Below, piece after piece: positions 63,378-64,000 of a stretch of DNA of 64,000 nucleotides (the first letter of the stretch is position 1; each line of letters starts with the position of its first letter). The notes under the pieces are model-generated. The model saw only the letters and a list, made by a program, of their open reading frames with translations, ran no database searches and was not told the DNA's origin. Source of the DNA: Bifidobacterium breve (GTDB lineage: Bacteria > Actinomycetota > Acidimicrobiia > IMCC26256 > JAENVU01); assembly GCA_945865605.1 (NCBI GenBank), contig CAMBEL010000002.1, positions 24,473 to 88,472 on the forward strand, written 5' to 3'. Made by a program: the position numbers and the translations under genes.

Positions 63378-63668
63378 ATGAGTAACAAAACGAAGTACAC
63401 AGGTAGGGCCCTCAAGGTCGTAGCCGCTTCCGGCATCGTCCTTGGAGCGCTTGCTCCTGCAGCGGCGTTCGCAGCGCCTTACCCAGAACCAACGGTTCCA
63501 ACGACTGCTGCTGCCGCTGGGTCGCAAGTCGCCGGTGCAACTGCAAGTAGGTCCACGTTGCCACTAACTGGTGGAGACGTGACGGGACTTGCGTTGATCG
63601 GTGTCGGTGCTGCGTTAGCTGGAGTGGTGATGGTTCGTCACTCACGCCGTAATCGCGTTACAGCCTGA
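63378..63668 (+). CDS. Very small LPXTG-motif cell-wall-anchored protein
   Basis: GGAGGGG Shine-Dalgarno. Signal peptide ...APAAAFA/AP. Sorting signal LPLTGG + hydrophobic helix + RHSRRNR tail. Only about 33 residues lie between the signal cleavage site and LPLTG. Confidence 0.8.
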   Translation: MSNKTKYTGRALKVVAASGIVLGALAPAAAFAAPYPEPTVPTTAAAAGSQVAGATASRSTLPLTGGDVTGLALIGVGAALAGVVMVRHSRRNRVTA

Positions 63669-63690
63669 ACAACACATACGCAATAACTGA

Positions 63691-63727
63691 CTAGACGTCG
63701 CGGCCTTTCGTAGGCTGCGGCGTCTAG
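63691..63727 (+). terminator. Strong stem-loop terminator after the LPXTG gene
   Basis: 16-bp stem (CTAGACGTCGCGGCCT / AGGCTGCGGCGTCTAG, two G-U pairs), 5-nt loop TTCGT, followed by TTGTTAT. Confidence 0.8.
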
Positions 63728-63804
63728 TTGTTATGTGAGTCGTTTGCGACATTCCTAAAGTCACCGCGCTTAGTGGCCGACATCTTCCATCGGGTTGAGT
63801 ACCG

Positions 63805-64000
63805 ATGGAGGACCGGATGCGGCATCGCCGCGGGATCGCGCTATTGATCGTTACCACGGCCTGGGCCGCTGCTGCTCTCGTAAATATTGGCACGGGTTCG
63901 GTTGCAGGAGCGGAGCCTTTGCAGACTGATGCAGCTGCGCGCGCTGGTATTGCGACGGGCAGCGAAATACTTTGGGAGAGTGACGCGGATCAACTTCGCG
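63805..64000 (+). CDS. Secreted protein of unknown function, N-terminal fragment (continues beyond the window)
   Basis: My own translation from the ATG at 63805: MEDRMRHRRGIALLIVTTAWAAAALVNIGTGSVAGAEPLQ... This is a signal-peptide-like N-terminus. An in-frame TGA lies 9 nt upstream and there is no stop before base 64000. It is absent from the supplied ORF track. Confidence 0.45.
   Translation, partial: MEDRMRHRRGIALLIVTTAWAAAALVNIGTGSVAGAEPLQTDAAARAGIATGSEILWESDADQLR

Noticed and set aside
1-64000. Search by eye for CRISPR arrays, rRNA, IS elements/transposases, integrases, prophage genes and toxin-antitoxin pairs
   Set aside because: I found no regularly spaced direct repeats, no rRNA-like sequence, and no ORF with DDE/tyrosine/serine recombinase, capsid/terminase or small TA-like gene-pair signatures. 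A visual scan cannot fully guarantee absence.

Overview
GC-rich bacterial chromosome segment with clearly actinobacterial content. Markers are a WhiB-family regulator beside a PdtaS-type kinase, DUF3107 plus paired ArsA/Get3-like ATPases, and the backbone argS-lysA-hom-thrC ... rho-rpmE-prfA-prmC. I call 61 protein-coding genes (two cut by the window edges), one tRNA-Arg(CCG), one strong intrinsic terminator, and a few small palindromes and repeats. I saw no rRNA, CRISPR array, transposase or integrase.

Layout:
- 1-2476: System I cytochrome c maturation genes ccmF-G-H.
- 2485-7457: cyclophilin, a mitochondrial-type aconitase and an MMPL transporter.
- 7454-9894: a translationally coupled ATP-grasp / B12-type radical SAM pair. 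The radical SAM protein ends in a CCAEP tail.
- 9901-14004: an Fe-S themed block with an NfuA-like protein, DUF169, a NifS-like protein, a Cys-rich HTH regulator and an Mrp-like ATPase.
- 14240-18531: a conserved actinobacterial block.
- 18666-28124: housekeeping and metabolic genes.
- 28187-40782: a 13-gene Tad/Flp pilus cluster, all on the minus strand, ending next to tRNA-Arg.
- 41150-42768: a GGDEF enzyme plus a small partner protein.
- 43062-58371: the amino-acid and translation backbone, with two insertions.
- 58401-64000: a thiolase-like protein, a Cas4-like nuclease, DUF4012 and a mini LPXTG protein.

The most interesting candidate is the Tad cluster:
- It has a VWA-TadB fusion.
- A DnaB-C-terminal-like RecA-superfamily ATPase is coupled to tadC.
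- A histidine kinase / LuxR response regulator pair and a second TadZ paralogue are embedded in it.
- No prepilin peptidase is visible in the window.
- tRNA T-arm-like short repeats sit in both flanking intergenic gaps.

Other leads:
- The CCAEP-tail radical SAM / ATP-grasp pair.
- A NifS-like protein lacking the PLP lysine.
- A GGDEF protein whose N-terminus matches the ParB-type ParA-activating peptide.
- A phosphoglycerate-mutase-like gene in the position where thrB is expected.
- A diiron + luciferase-like pair inserted between rpmE and prfA.

All functional calls come from reading motifs in the translated ORFs. No database search was run.
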